From a virus: 64,000 nt of DNA. Location of the stretch: the IMG/VR virus record IMGVR_UViG_3300018412_000010; one strand, 5' to 3'. This document shows positions 19,401 through 28,915 of the stretch, piece after piece. Made by a program: the position numbers and the translations under genes. The stretch's first letter is position 1; each line of letters starts with the position of its first letter. A model generated the notes under the pieces. The model saw only the letters and a list, made by a program, of their open reading frames with translations, searched no databases and was not told the origin of the DNA.

Positions 19401-19531
19401 TCATATTGAACTGGAGTAGTTTTATATGATTTCAATAATACGCCAGTATTAAATTCTGCTTCTGATACGGGCGAAAATGTGGTTGAGGCTATATCCATAG
19501 CCATTCCTCTTGCGATTAAATCTATAGCCAA
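16421..19531 (-). CDS. large beta-rich virion/receptor-binding protein
   Basis: 1036 aa, Thr/Asn/Ser-rich, N-terminal D.IARGMA motif, within tail module. Confidence 0.55.
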   Translation of the reverse strand: MAIDLIARGMAMDIASTTFSPVSEAEFNTGVLLKSYKTTPVQYDWRLVENTTNHKLDYEIYDMAATDQPLTWNFVSQIGSLTTDDFIINKSSGGLFFQSPYDNKRYDLTRITSDLKGLILGNMDGNIALAGNKSARLVTPFSNTAVTYIPPNDNNTFREYDEMHYDRRTTINFVNETFSFELEEEPPTNTICRVAIELLLEDGSSYMLVENVSLSGYIGALNNPSANTSLLCHSGLNTVTFTSPRPILSNVSTKVQFNFSNPVKLKGHIGGTNVFIPYIELGGKIFNYETLATQEWSTKEIFNDQLAILRKKDDDGKYFAALRWSGDDDLLVGDNNSNNKRIWLQTTSDGVGVSYDGDDYFDTAGNSTSNISGESFAISGYRPSKNIRLDNIKVENVTSVAGTQVKLRIINETTGVRHWENGEDSDAFKFSIDKNCWSLATTAGEQTFNLRETVGSVYMSKDYTYRFELSFSKSATLVGVLGTKIPKIILLAKEDIWEKVATNEQLNSVFITNIEKVNTDDALNIIWNDSTENKVVKSLSTDATSLKVTITWRANTVYQGRPNCCDVDITTYDSKVGNEYINTVTVDISSLDSLTCNLGNFEHITPIIKLNKPVISSVTLSNIYPFLTWTGATTIHQTALKKDDIAFLGVVADIDFDRVETDDFEAGTKNIHNIWDVSNNPGMVVPYMVADTNSTSGDTQQHVRVRVRSVNGSWSNWYVSDNTVTCNDVLPTCTVGTIKYNGESEQGAIKLLEQAEIPLNITYCQDYVRDITIESILSEINSTITSVDSSYSAPTYSGTKTITVAKNMSQGIHYSNLTTPNVKYTIRNAHNGAIITNNIVVKIVDMGALYTQESLDFKFRIRGGETGRFNAKLTQPNMIQTLWNLYDIGTITIDPPIPQNEFTDSVVIDISATLDEINTDANNAYGFLLNSTTLSDKTVSISKDYYVNGFVPQTYTLTYPENTVTIPKITNINNVKISAQINSTSPYTLCRNNVTTPTNAGDYNITGTTLTLPPVNILANYYYNNENNITIIIEET

Positions 19532-19621
19532 AATTAATCAACTCCTTATTATAAAATTATTTAAATAATAACTATTCTACAATAATTCATAAACACTTTG
19601 ATACAAATATTTTGGCTATAC

Positions 19622-19963
19622 CTAATCAACTATGGCGCCCCTTATGGTTAAATCGCCATTAGCAATACTAATTATTCTTACTCTTGCTTTACTAATGCCC
19701 TCTAAACTCATTTGCCACATTGTATCATTGGCTGTGCAGTTTGTATTCATAGCTAATGTTGTCAAATTTGCACATCTAACAGCCTTCCAAACTCCGTCTG
19801 GGAAAACCAATACCTCAAAAATTGTGTCAAAAGATGTTGATGTGCCAGAAAAATCAATATTCATTAACATATTATTTTTGTTTACAATTAATTCGGCACC
19901 ATTACCAATAACAGTTGATGCGTTTTGAAAAGTAATAACTTTCTCTCTATTATTACTACCCAT
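19622..19963 (-). CDS. small beta-sandwich virion protein
   Basis: 113 aa with RBS; beta-strand pattern. Confidence 0.5.
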   Translation of the reverse strand: MGSNNREKVITFQNASTVIGNGAELIVNKNNMLMNIDFSGTSTSFDTIFEVLVFPDGVWKAVRCANLTTLAMNTNCTANDTMWQMSLEGISKARVRIISIANGDLTIRGAIVD

Positions 19964-20011
19964 TTTATATCACTCCCTTCTTCTTCTATAAACAAAATTG
20001 AATAAATATAA

Positions 20012-21121
20012 TTATTTTTCCAATATTAATACCTTTTGTAATGATTGCACCCAACCTACTTTACAATTTAGAACCTCGCTAACAAATCTTAAAGGAATTA
20101 ATGTGCGATTATTCTTATCAATTAACGGTGCTTCATTTAACGTATAGTCTTGTCCATTCACTTTTGCTAATTTAGAACCAGTATTTAAAACAATCACTAT
20201 ATTACCTTTTGTGATTTCAATATGCATAGATTTGTCCGCATTATACGCCGGTGTTTTAATTGTTGCACCTAAAATATCACAAAGAGTTCTTAGTGGAACT
20301 AATGTGTTGCCATTAAGATTTACAGGCGTAGTATCCATAGTAAACTTCGCACCATCTACGAAATAATTATTATTACCAATTTGCATAGTAGTATATTTCT
20401 TGTCTGTGGATGGAAGAATTGGAAGCCCATATCCTGTATATATATCCATTCCCACTGTTTCCAAATCCATACAAATCATTTTTAAGTATTCAAATACTTC
20501 ATCCTGTGTCAAATCGCCGTATCTTTGAATTAACAATGCACATTTACCAGCAAAATATGGTGTTGAAAAAGACGTTCCCCAATTCCATCCCATGAAATCT
20601 GTAAATTCTTTAGCGGTTCCATTGCAAAATTGCTTAACATATTGTGGAGAGCCTTTTATTAAACTACATGCGCCAATCCATATGGCAACATCTGATGGAA
20701 ATGCGCCATTACATGTTTCACCAACATTACCAGATAAATTTAAAAATATAAGATTATATTTTTTCTTTAGCGCATTTAATTCTTGTGAATACCATGTATT
20801 TTCTTCTGTGCCGCCATGATTTGACTGTGTCAATATTTTTACTTTATATTTTACTATAAAATCTTCAAGTGAATATGATATATTATTATAGTATACATCA
20901 TACTTATATATATCACCACCACTTGTAAGCGTTCCTATGCTTGCATTGATAACCGTAGCATCCGGTGCGGCATCAAGAATACGCTGCTTAGTTTGTTGTC
21001 CATGCGTGCTATTTCCTTCGCAATTCATGATAACAACGCCTTTTCCGGTAAATTTGGAAGTGTTCCATCCGGTAACATTACAATAATCATTCTGTTGTTT
21101 TATAACTTCTTGATTCGTCAT
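20012..21121 (-). CDS. S8 subtilisin-like peptidase with C-terminal copper-amine-oxidase N-terminal (stalk) domains
   Basis: TGKGV, HG, SGN, GTSFSTP, GYGLP; C-terminal repeats TL(V/I)PLR..E/D.L. Confidence 0.85.
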   Translation of the reverse strand: MTNQEVIKQQNDYCNVTGWNTSKFTGKGVVIMNCEGNSTHGQQTKQRILDAAPDATVINASIGTLTSGGDIYKYDVYYNNISYSLEDFIVKYKVKILTQSNHGGTEENTWYSQELNALKKKYNLIFLNLSGNVGETCNGAFPSDVAIWIGACSLIKGSPQYVKQFCNGTAKEFTDFMGWNWGTSFSTPYFAGKCALLIQRYGDLTQDEVFEYLKMICMDLETVGMDIYTGYGLPILPSTDKKYTTMQIGNNNYFVDGAKFTMDTTPVNLNGNTLVPLRTLCDILGATIKTPAYNADKSMHIEITKGNIVIVLNTGSKLAKVNGQDYTLNEAPLIDKNNRTLIPLRFVSEVLNCKVGWVQSLQKVLILEK

Positions 21122-21145
21122 TTTTAACCACGCTTTCTTTTATAA

Positions 21146-21835
21146 CTATATGGTAGATATAATATCTGATAACGTATTTTTACTTAAATCACCAATTATT
21201 GTATTTAATTTTAGTCCTTGTGTGCAATCTAATCTGCAATCAGTAGAAACTGTACCGTCATAATTAACACCCATACCAGTTTTAGAGTTAATAAATCCTA
21301 TTTTTTCTTCTAATATTTCATTCAATTCTACTTTTTTATGAAATAAAATATAGTTTCTTTGCCAATTTAATAATGTAACGATTTCTACGCCATTATACAT
21401 TCCATACACATATCTATCATCTTGGTCTATTATCGACATTCCAAGATATTGATACAGATCAATAAAATAATCGAATCCCAAATTATCATAATCGTAAATA
21501 TAAACTGAATCAACATTAAGATTAACTAGCGTAGAATTATTTATAAAATCCCCATTTGTATATAACACAACTTTATTATCTGGCATAATTTCTTTTATTT
21601 TTTGCGCCTTACTTCTTAAATTATCAATTTCTATCATTGGTTCATTAAGTCTATTTAGCTTTATAACACCTTTAAACTCGCTATCTTTCAATTCTTTAAT
21701 CAGATTATCAAAAACACTATCATCAAGTAATTTATTGACATTCCTATTTTCAGTAAAGTGTAGGCACCAGCTGCACTTGTTATTACAATTTGAAGATAAT
21801 CCAATTTCTATTATGTCTAAGTCTTTAATCAGCAT
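21146..21835 (-). CDS. radical SAM protein (degenerate SPASM), paralog 3
   Basis: CNNKCSWC; NEP, TNGDF, DYDN, YDGTV. Confidence 0.85.
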   Translation of the reverse strand: MLIKDLDIIEIGLSSNCNNKCSWCLHFTENRNVNKLLDDSVFDNLIKELKDSEFKGVIKLNRLNEPMIEIDNLRSKAQKIKEIMPDNKVVLYTNGDFINNSTLVNLNVDSVYIYDYDNLGFDYFIDLYQYLGMSIIDQDDRYVYGMYNGVEIVTLLNWQRNYILFHKKVELNEILEEKIGFINSKTGMGVNYDGTVSTDCRLDCTQGLKLNTIIGDLSKNTLSDIISTI

Positions 21836-22047
21836 TATTGAATCACATCTCCTATCTTATTATCAATAGAAGTTATTTTAATGCCTGCCTTTTCTTTTAA
21901 TATAACAAGCCAGTAATCTATTGCCTCTTTAGTTGTCTTGGTGCTTGTGATAGCCTTTTCATAGGTCATTCCTACGTTGTTATCTATTAAATATTGCACA
22001 ACTCTATATGCTAAATATCTAGCAATTACGTCATTAGAATAATCCAT
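21835..22047 (-). CDS. small XkdX-like fibre-associated protein
   Basis: AAGGAGGTG RBS before ATG 22047; A.YLA.R.......Y......KE.ID..L. Confidence 0.5.
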   Translation of the reverse strand: MDYSNDVIARYLAYRVVQYLIDNNVGMTYEKAITSTKTTKEAIDYWLVILKEKAGIKITSIDNKIGDVIQ

Positions 22048-22063
22048 ATTAATACACCTCCTT

Positions 22064-22210
22064 TTATTGTGTTTCCACCATCGTATCGAGAATTGTCGAA
22101 ATATATTCTGCTTGTTCTCTAAGTTCCTCATTTTGCTTTGTTAATAGCTCTATCTTTTCTTCTTTTTCTTTTAATAAAGCAAGGGTTTGACCCCATTGTG
22201 TATTATCCAT
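22064..22210 (-). CDS. 48-aa coiled-coil protein (XkdW-like tail)
   Basis: Not in ORF track. AAGGAGG RBS; MDNTQWGQTLALLKEKEEKIELLTKQNEELREQAEYISTILDTMVETQ. Confidence 0.55.
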   Translation of the reverse strand: MDNTQWGQTLALLKEKEEKIELLTKQNEELREQAEYISTILDTMVETQ

Positions 22211-22874
22211 CTATTAAAACCTCCTTGAACGGGTTATTTATAAAATCACTAAACAACTTTTCATCTTGCAATATTGGATTTGGTTTAATTATACAATTCT
22301 CTTCCCCTAATTCTTCTGATAGAAAATATATGTTATGACTAATATATGCACCTAAATGGTCTAATTCAAGTATCAATTCAAATTCAGATAGTTTTCTATC
22401 AAAATATATTTCATCCATGTTTTTATATGAAATGAAATCTATAAAATTATTAATCCTATTCATATCTAACATCTTTTTTTTCCAATATACATATTTTTCT
22501 GTGCTGTATGGAGATTTTACAAATATAAACTTTTTATCCAATCTATTTTCTTTATTACATAGCTTCAAGCTATATAATCTGTGTTTTCCCATGAACATAT
22601 ATGGATGTTCGCTATTACTTATGAAAAACGGCGTATACATACCGTTTTTCAAAATATCTTTTCCTAATTCTATTTCTTTAGACCTATATTTTTTTAAATA
22701 CGGGTTTATTAAATCACATCCATATTCATTAAATCTATAATCTGAACTACTATAAAAGTTTTCATAAACATCTTTAAATTCATAGGAAAAGCCGTGTTCA
22801 TTTATCATTTTATATAATATTAACATATAGTAATAATTATATAATTTATCTAAGTATTCTTTTTTATGCAACAT
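22203..22874 (-). CDS. ParB/sulfiredoxin-fold protein, paralog 2
   Basis: LGKDILKNGMYTPF...GKHRLYSL motif. Confidence 0.65.
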   Translation of the reverse strand: MLHKKEYLDKLYNYYYMLILYKMINEHGFSYEFKDVYENFYSSSDYRFNEYGCDLINPYLKKYRSKEIELGKDILKNGMYTPFFISNSEHPYMFMGKHRLYSLKLCNKENRLDKKFIFVKSPYSTEKYVYWKKKMLDMNRINNFIDFISYKNMDEIYFDRKLSEFELILELDHLGAYISHNIYFLSEELGEENCIIKPNPILQDEKLFSDFINNPFKEVLIDG

Positions 22875-24063
22875 AATATAAAACTATAGCTCCTTGTCCA
22901 CCAGCACCACTATTCATTCCACCACCGCCGCCGTAGCCACCGCCACCACCTGCAGAAGATGCACCAGTTCCTTCTCCACAAGAACCTCCACCGCCAGTTC
23001 CTATATCTTGACTTCCAGTTCCACCCGTGCCGGGGATTTCAGTAGGATAACTTGGATTTGTAGCACCAGATGTGCCATTTCCTCCACCGTAGCCACCACC
23101 ACCACCAGAATAATACACGGTCGGTGTGCCACCAGAGCTTACTTTGATAAATTTACCGCTTTGCGTTGGCGTTCCGCCAGTATCACCATATCCACCAGAA
23201 GCATCTTCTGTTCCTGTGGTCGATTGTTCGCCACCAACAGACGAAAGTGCACCAAATGTAGCTGCTGCACCATTGCCAGCTGGAACTGTATAACTTATTG
23301 ATTGCCCTGGTGTTACTGATAGGGCGTATTGTGTATACGCACCACCTCTTCCACCATAATATCCCTGACCTCGACCGGCATTTTCTCCGGCACCAATCAA
23401 ACAGACGGTTATACATGTTATACCAGTAGGAACTGTAAATGTAGCCGTTCCGGGTGTTGTATATACATGTCTAAATCCATTTATTGTTGATGAATAAGTA
23501 TTTCTTATCGTATCAACCATAGTTGCATTACTTACCACATTTGTCATTGTATTATAGTCTTTAAACATATTTGTAATAGTTGTCGAGTTTAACATATTTG
23601 CAGATGCCCATGTGCTACTGGTTATTAATGAGTTAATATATGTATTACTGGTCATTTCGGATAATGCACCGGCCACACAGTCATAAAACGTATTACATTT
23701 TATTAAATTTGTGAATGGTGAAGTCGAAGAGCTAGTTCCTTTGAACCACGCATACATCGCGAGCTGTAGCCCTATAAGCCCCACTCTATTAACATTGCCC
23801 TTACCAAAAGCAGCATCTAAGCCATTTGTATTAGCCGCCGTGCAAAATGCTATATATGATGAAAGATTTATATTCTTTTTTAATAAGTCATTTACTGTTG
23901 CTGTTGCACCGTCTATACCATAAAGCGTTTTAACGTCACTTGATAATAAGATTTTTGTATCATTAAATGTTCTTGTATCTATTGTATCAACAAGCGTTTT
24001 TAAGTCGTTTAATTTTGTTCTAATAGCACCGGCATTTTCGCCATTAGCTATAAAATCTGCCAT
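22864..24063 (-). CDS. glycine-rich tail fibre/adhesin
   Basis: N-terminal IANGE....R.KLN; C-terminal FTVPTG..GGGGGYGGG...GG.GAIV domain. Confidence 0.7.
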   Translation of the reverse strand: MADFIANGENAGAIRTKLNDLKTLVDTIDTRTFNDTKILLSSDVKTLYGIDGATATVNDLLKKNINLSSYIAFCTAANTNGLDAAFGKGNVNRVGLIGLQLAMYAWFKGTSSSTSPFTNLIKCNTFYDCVAGALSEMTSNTYINSLITSSTWASANMLNSTTITNMFKDYNTMTNVVSNATMVDTIRNTYSSTINGFRHVYTTPGTATFTVPTGITCITVCLIGAGENAGRGQGYYGGRGGAYTQYALSVTPGQSISYTVPAGNGAAATFGALSSVGGEQSTTGTEDASGGYGDTGGTPTQSGKFIKVSSGGTPTVYYSGGGGGYGGGNGTSGATNPSYPTEIPGTGGTGSQDIGTGGGGSCGEGTGASSAGGGGGYGGGGGMNSGAGGQGAIVLYYVA

Positions 24064-24096
24064 ATTTATATCCTCCTTTGTTTATATAAGAAATTA

Positions 24097-25365
24097 TTAT
24101 AATACCGATGGTGTAAAATTAAATTCTGTATATGTATAATCATCATTCCAAGGTTGTGCGTCATCCCATTTATAATCTTTATAATATTTGATTATGCCAT
24201 CTTTTACCATCATCCAATCTGTTGTAGTATTTATAATTGTTCCACCTAAATATATATCAAAATTGTTATCGTTTAATTTTAGATTACTATATATAGTATC
24301 CTCAAAATGTAGTTTTCCACACAACACTGCATATTGCAAATCCTTAACCCTATACTTATCGCCTATATTATAAGTAAAGAAATATTTATAATCCACGCCA
24401 TTAATATCTTTTTTTGGCAATAATGTCCAATTATGCAGACCTGTTGTTGTTTCCTCCTCTAAAAATACCTTATAGTTTCTATATAATTGAACATAAAAAC
24501 TTGCTGGTCTATACCCATATATATTACTATCATCAACCCAAGTGATTGTATTTGAAGAATGCGAGACCGTTTGCAATTGATGTGTCATACTTGCAACATA
24601 TCCATTAACTGTTAATGTGTTAGTATAATTCAACAAATTACTCGTGCTTGTTATAGTTATAACATCTGTGTTGAACAAAAATGCATTATATGAAGAAATC
24701 CATGTAGCCGTATTTGATCCAGTTATTGATATATTTTTAAACACTGAACCATTTTTATAAATTACATATTCATCAGAATTTGGTCTGGTATTATATGCAT
24801 TTAAACTATCATCTGTCCAATTCACAGTAAAACTAATGGTTTGCTGTGAAATAGGAAGTGTAAATGAGGCACTTGTTTTGGCATTTGTTTGCGTTACAGA
24901 CGTTGTCACAATGGTTACAACATCTGACACACTCACGGTTAACGTGTCATCAAGCCATGCAACTGGCATATTAACATTAATGGTTTGTGTTGTAGCCAAT
25001 GTGAACGTGCTTGTAGTGCCATCGCCTTTCGCTCCCAATATGGTAGTATTTGATGCTGAATATAACTGTATGCTACTTCCAAGAGTTACATTATTTAATT
25101 TAAATGTTGGCGTAGACGTATATGTAAAATTCGGAGCAGTATAGCCACTTGTTCCCGTTCTATTTATTACATCTGAGTTACTAATTGTTATTGGTAATAT
25201 GCAAGTATCACCACTTATTATTGGCGTTTTCAGAGTAGCTGTAGCATTACTTGTTATCGTAGAAGTGTTCGTTGGATATTGATAATACATTACATACCAT
25301 GAATATACAGAACTTAGTGTGCCATAAGCTCCAAAATTAATCGTATATGGAAAAGTTATAGCCAC
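24097..25365 (-). CDS. virion protein with Cna-B-type Ig-like repeats
   Basis: Two W.DD.N....RP....V.(L)Y.N repeats; W..LPK.D..G..Y.Y. Confidence 0.65.
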   Translation of the reverse strand: MAITFPYTINFGAYGTLSSVYSWYVMYYQYPTNTSTITSNATATLKTPIISGDTCILPITISNSDVINRTGTSGYTAPNFTYTSTPTFKLNNVTLGSSIQLYSASNTTILGAKGDGTTSTFTLATTQTINVNMPVAWLDDTLTVSVSDVVTIVTTSVTQTNAKTSASFTLPISQQTISFTVNWTDDSLNAYNTRPNSDEYVIYKNGSVFKNISITGSNTATWISSYNAFLFNTDVITITSTSNLLNYTNTLTVNGYVASMTHQLQTVSHSSNTITWVDDSNIYGYRPASFYVQLYRNYKVFLEEETTTGLHNWTLLPKKDINGVDYKYFFTYNIGDKYRVKDLQYAVLCGKLHFEDTIYSNLKLNDNNFDIYLGGTIINTTTDWMMVKDGIIKYYKDYKWDDAQPWNDDYTYTEFNFTPSVL

Positions 25366-25378
25366 AAAATATCACCTC

Positions 25379-26197
25379 CTAATAACGCAATTTTGATTTA
25401 ACTATCTCTTCACTTGCATAGACTTTTTTATAATCATTGCCTAATGCAATTTCTATATTATTTAAAATTGGAATTAATTTATTTAAATCATCAATATCTA
25501 AACTACTTTTTTGATCAGTTCCTTGCATATTCCTATCCAAAGTAATATGTCTTTCGATAATTTTAGAACCCAATGATTTAGCTATAATTGTCTGTAAATA
25601 CCCATCTTCATGCCCACTATAACCTATTGCATTAAACGGATATAGTTTGCCCAAAGTCTTTATCATATTCAAATCAGATTCTTCTAATTTTGTGGGGTAA
25701 GAGCTATTGCAATGCAATATAGATAATTCAACGTCATTAAGCAATTCTACGGCATTATTAATCTCTTCAAAAGTGCTCATGCCCGTTCCAATAATTACTG
25801 GCAACCCATAAGATTTTACCTTTGTCAATAATTCTACATTTGTTATACATGCACTTGGTATTTTAATAAACGGAATATCATATTGTGTAATAAATTCTAA
25901 ACTGTCAATATCCCATACAGAAGCAGACCATTTAATGCCAATTTCCTTACATAATGCGTCTATCTGATCATATTCTTCTTTTCCAAATTCAATCAGATGT
26001 TTATATTTAATATATTCCATTTCACCAAAAATAGTGTTTTTAACTACATGTTTTTGGTTTTCTGGAACACAAACATCAGGATTTCTTTTTTGAAATTTAA
26101 CTACATCAACCCCACATTCTTTGGCTTTAATAATTATTTCTTTGGCAATGTTAATATCGCCATTATGGTTGATTCCAATATCCCCTACAAAAATCAT
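25379..26197 (-). CDS. neuB: N-acetylneuraminate/nonulosonate synthase (short form, no SAF domain)
   Basis: IGINHNGD, VKFQKR, KIPS, HCNSSYP, GYSGH, IERHITLDR...G.D...SL. Confidence 0.93.
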   Translation of the reverse strand: MIFVGDIGINHNGDINIAKEIIIKAKECGVDVVKFQKRNPDVCVPENQKHVVKNTIFGEMEYIKYKHLIEFGKEEYDQIDALCKEIGIKWSASVWDIDSLEFITQYDIPFIKIPSACITNVELLTKVKSYGLPVIIGTGMSTFEEINNAVELLNDVELSILHCNSSYPTKLEESDLNMIKTLGKLYPFNAIGYSGHEDGYLQTIIAKSLGSKIIERHITLDRNMQGTDQKSSLDIDDLNKLIPILNNIEIALGNDYKKVYASEEIVKSKLRY

Positions 26198-26214
26198 AAC
26201 TAATTCCTTTCATT

Positions 26215-26502
26215 CTAATCTAAATAAGTATCTTTTACACTTCTGTCGTCGATATAAATATCGGCGGATGGTTTACCCATAATTAACTGGTCATACTTAA
26301 CACCCCAATCCTTTAGTTGCCTCTTTGTAATATATTCCCAATCTATTCCTGTTTCATAACCTCTTGCTGTAAAAAACACTATAGTATTTCCTGCGCCATA
26401 TAAATCATTTATATGATTAATTCTATCCTTAAACGGCTTTGCATCACGATAATCTTTCTCTTGACTACAAATTGTTCCATCAATATCGCAAACCACTTTC
26501 AT
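26215..26502 (-). CDS. capless HAD phosphatase (capsule-biosynthesis type)
   Basis: DIDGT, FTARG, GKP..D.YIDD. Confidence 0.88.
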   Translation of the reverse strand: MKVVCDIDGTICSQEKDYRDAKPFKDRINHINDLYGAGNTIVFFTARGYETGIDWEYITKRQLKDWGVKYDQLIMGKPSADIYIDDRSVKDTYLD

Positions 26503-27158
26503 TATACATTCCTTTCATAAAGCCATTTAGCATATTCATATTCATCAAATGTATCAATATCCACCGTCTCTTCTTTCGGAATAATAAGTGGCAAAAATCC
26601 ATCTTTGAGCATTAAACCATCTTCTTTAAATTTATTTTTATTAAATACGTGGAAACAATGAGCAGTTTGATACCAAGGAGTTATTTCTTTTGTCGTAAGC
26701 TTATCATAGTCTATATGATTTACAACATTGAAATTTTCATCCATAATCCAATTTTGTAATATTTTTGCACTGGTTCCATATTCTTTATCGGAATTATCAA
26801 ATTCTTCTATTTTTTTCAATATGGTTTCAACCGATAAAAATATTAGACATGGATTTAAAAACATCAAATAATCTTCTTCTACATCCAAAACGTCTTTAAA
26901 AATATAAACCAGTGGCGTTTCAGCATAACAGGTATCTTTATCTCTAATTATTGTTTTAACATTTGGATATTTGCTTGCAATATCAATCAATTCATCATCA
27001 TTTATTAGCACATAAGTATTAACAAATTTGGATAAATATTCAAGTTTCTGACAACAGATATCAAACATGCATGTATCGCCGATTGGTAAAATTTGTTTAT
27101 TTGGCAATCTTTTACTATCTAATCTTGCCGGAACAAAAATTCCTATTTTTTTATTCAT
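26502..27158 (-). CDS. neuA: acylneuraminate (CMP-NulO) cytidylyltransferase
   Basis: PAR..SKRLPNK N-terminal motif, C-terminal DIDT..E; likely start ATG 27158. Confidence 0.88.
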   Translation of the reverse strand: MNKKIGIFVPARLDSKRLPNKQILPIGDTCMFDICCQKLEYLSKFVNTYVLINDDELIDIASKYPNVKTIIRDKDTCYAETPLVYIFKDVLDVEEDYLMFLNPCLIFLSVETILKKIEEFDNSDKEYGTSAKILQNWIMDENFNVVNHIDYDKLTTKEITPWYQTAHCFHVFNKNKFKEDGLMLKDGFLPLIIPKEETVDIDTFDEYEYAKWLYERNV

Positions 27159-27960
27159 AATCAATACCAACCTTTCCACTCGTATATCTACCACCACAAT
27201 TACCGCATTTATGACAAGGTGAATCTTCCCCAAACACTCCATTTGCGCAATTTTCTCTAAATAAAATAACTTTTTTATCTGTAAGTATTCCCTCTAAAGA
27301 GCTGTCATGTAAATCACCAATAATATAGGGTTTTAGTTTATCTACGTCATTTCTAATATTACAACATGGACTTACCGTTCCATCGTAATTGATGCCAACG
27401 AAATATGTAGGTTCGTAGCATGGTGTAGTTCTAACATCAGCAGAATACTCTGTTAACACTCCGCCTCTGTCTGTAATATTTCTATATTTATCCCAATTTG
27501 TATAATACAATATTTTCATATCATCTTTATGTGCATAAATATAATTTTTAACAACTTTGTCTACAGTAGCACCAGCTTTGATTAATTTTTCTTTACAATA
27601 ATCAATTCCGTCATTATCATAATCCATAATTGTTAACTCGTCTATTAACAATCCTTCTAAATTCTCTTTAGTTATAAAATCACCATTAGTATTTGTGATT
27701 AATTTATTAGGAAGTATCTTTCTGATTTCAATTAATTTTTCTTTGAACACGTCAATATATGACATAGGTTCATTATATCTTGAAAACGTTATAGGATTTG
27801 AATATCCCGACGCCTTAATTTCCTTTAATAATTTATAAAATATATCATTTTCTAATTCTTTATATCCAGTTCTATCAATATCCCTATTTGGGCACCAATG
27901 ACATTTTCTGTTGCAATATGAGAATAGTTCTATCTCGATTAATCTTAATTGTTCTATCAT
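27151..27960 (-). CDS. radical SAM/SPASM protein, paralog 2
   Basis: CNRKCHWC; C.EP...INYDG.V.PCC...IG.L...C..C. Confidence 0.9.
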   Translation of the reverse strand: MIEQLRLIEIELFSYCNRKCHWCPNRDIDRTGYKELENDIFYKLLKEIKASGYSNPITFSRYNEPMSYIDVFKEKLIEIRKILPNKLITNTNGDFITKENLEGLLIDELTIMDYDNDGIDYCKEKLIKAGATVDKVVKNYIYAHKDDMKILYYTNWDKYRNITDRGGVLTEYSADVRTTPCYEPTYFVGINYDGTVSPCCNIRNDVDKLKPYIIGDLHDSSLEGILTDKKVILFRENCANGVFGEDSPCHKCGNCGGRYTSGKVGIDYE

Positions 27961-27961
27961 A

Positions 27962-28915
27962 TTATCTCCTTTTATTCAAGTAATCAAACCCATCATACTT
28001 AAATCCTTCTTTGGAATCATCATATTTTAAGTATCGACTTTTCGTGCAATATTTACACTGTTTACAATATTCGCCTCTTTCTTCAATCATATATTTTTTG
28101 AAGTTCATAAACTTTTCACTTTTATATATTTCTTGAATTGATTGATTATTTATATTGCCCATTATCAATTCTTTATGTTGTTCAAAATCTTCTCTTGTAT
28201 GACAACATGGCATTACAGAGCCATCGTAATGAACGGTTAAAAAATAACTTGGTTCTATACATGGAAAATCTCTTTGTTTTGATTGTAAATCAAGAATTCC
28301 ACCTCTATTTTCTATTTTAAAGTGTTTTTCCCAATTACAATTACAAGTAATCATATTTACATATCTGTGTATTCCTGTTATAATTTCTGTATCATAATTA
28401 ACATCTATAACACATATTCCAAGTTCAACAAGCTTATTTTCCCAATATTCAATTCCTTTATTGTCGTAATCCATTATATTGATACTATTTAGTGGTAGAT
28501 TTTCCAAACTTTCTTTTGTTAAAAAATCACCATTAGTATTTACACCCAAAGAAACTGTATTTGGCAAAATATCATATGCTTGTCGCACCCTTTGTTTAAA
28601 TAAGTCTATATCCGAAAATGCTTCTTGGTATCCAGAAAAACAAAATATTGGCGAGGAGTAATTATAATCATTCGACGCAATATCAACATTGTGGTTGAAT
28701 AATGCTTTCGAGCCAAATCCATTGTCTTTTAGGTCGTTTAAAAATCTAATATAAGTTTCTTCGGGCATTTCATTATGACCTTGCCTGTTCAATGTTTTGT
28801 TTGGACACCAATCACACAATCTATTACAGTATGATTGATGTTCAAAGTCTATTCTTCTAATGTGTGAAAACATAAACCACCTATAATTCTTTCCATTTAT
28901 TGAATATTTCTTCAT
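27962..28915 (-). CDS. radical SAM/SPASM protein, paralog 1
   Basis: CNRLCDWC; PC.EP...HYDG.V.PCC...GNI...C..C. Confidence 0.9.
   Translation of the reverse strand: MKKYSINGKNYRWFMFSHIRRIDFEHQSYCNRLCDWCPNKTLNRQGHNEMPEETYIRFLNDLKDNGFGSKALFNHNVDIASNDYNYSSPIFCFSGYQEAFSDIDLFKQRVRQAYDILPNTVSLGVNTNGDFLTKESLENLPLNSINIMDYDNKGIEYWENKLVELGICVIDVNYDTEIITGIHRYVNMITCNCNWEKHFKIENRGGILDLQSKQRDFPCIEPSYFLTVHYDGSVMPCCHTREDFEQHKELIMGNINNQSIQEIYKSEKFMNFKKYMIEERGEYCKQCKYCTKSRYLKYDDSKEGFKYDGFDYLNKRR

Noticed and set aside
21146-28915. RiPP (sactipeptide/ranthipeptide) cluster
   Set aside because: The rSAMs are short, lack an RRE domain, and no Cys-rich precursor or transporter is adjacent; the nearby small ORFs look like fibre chaperones.
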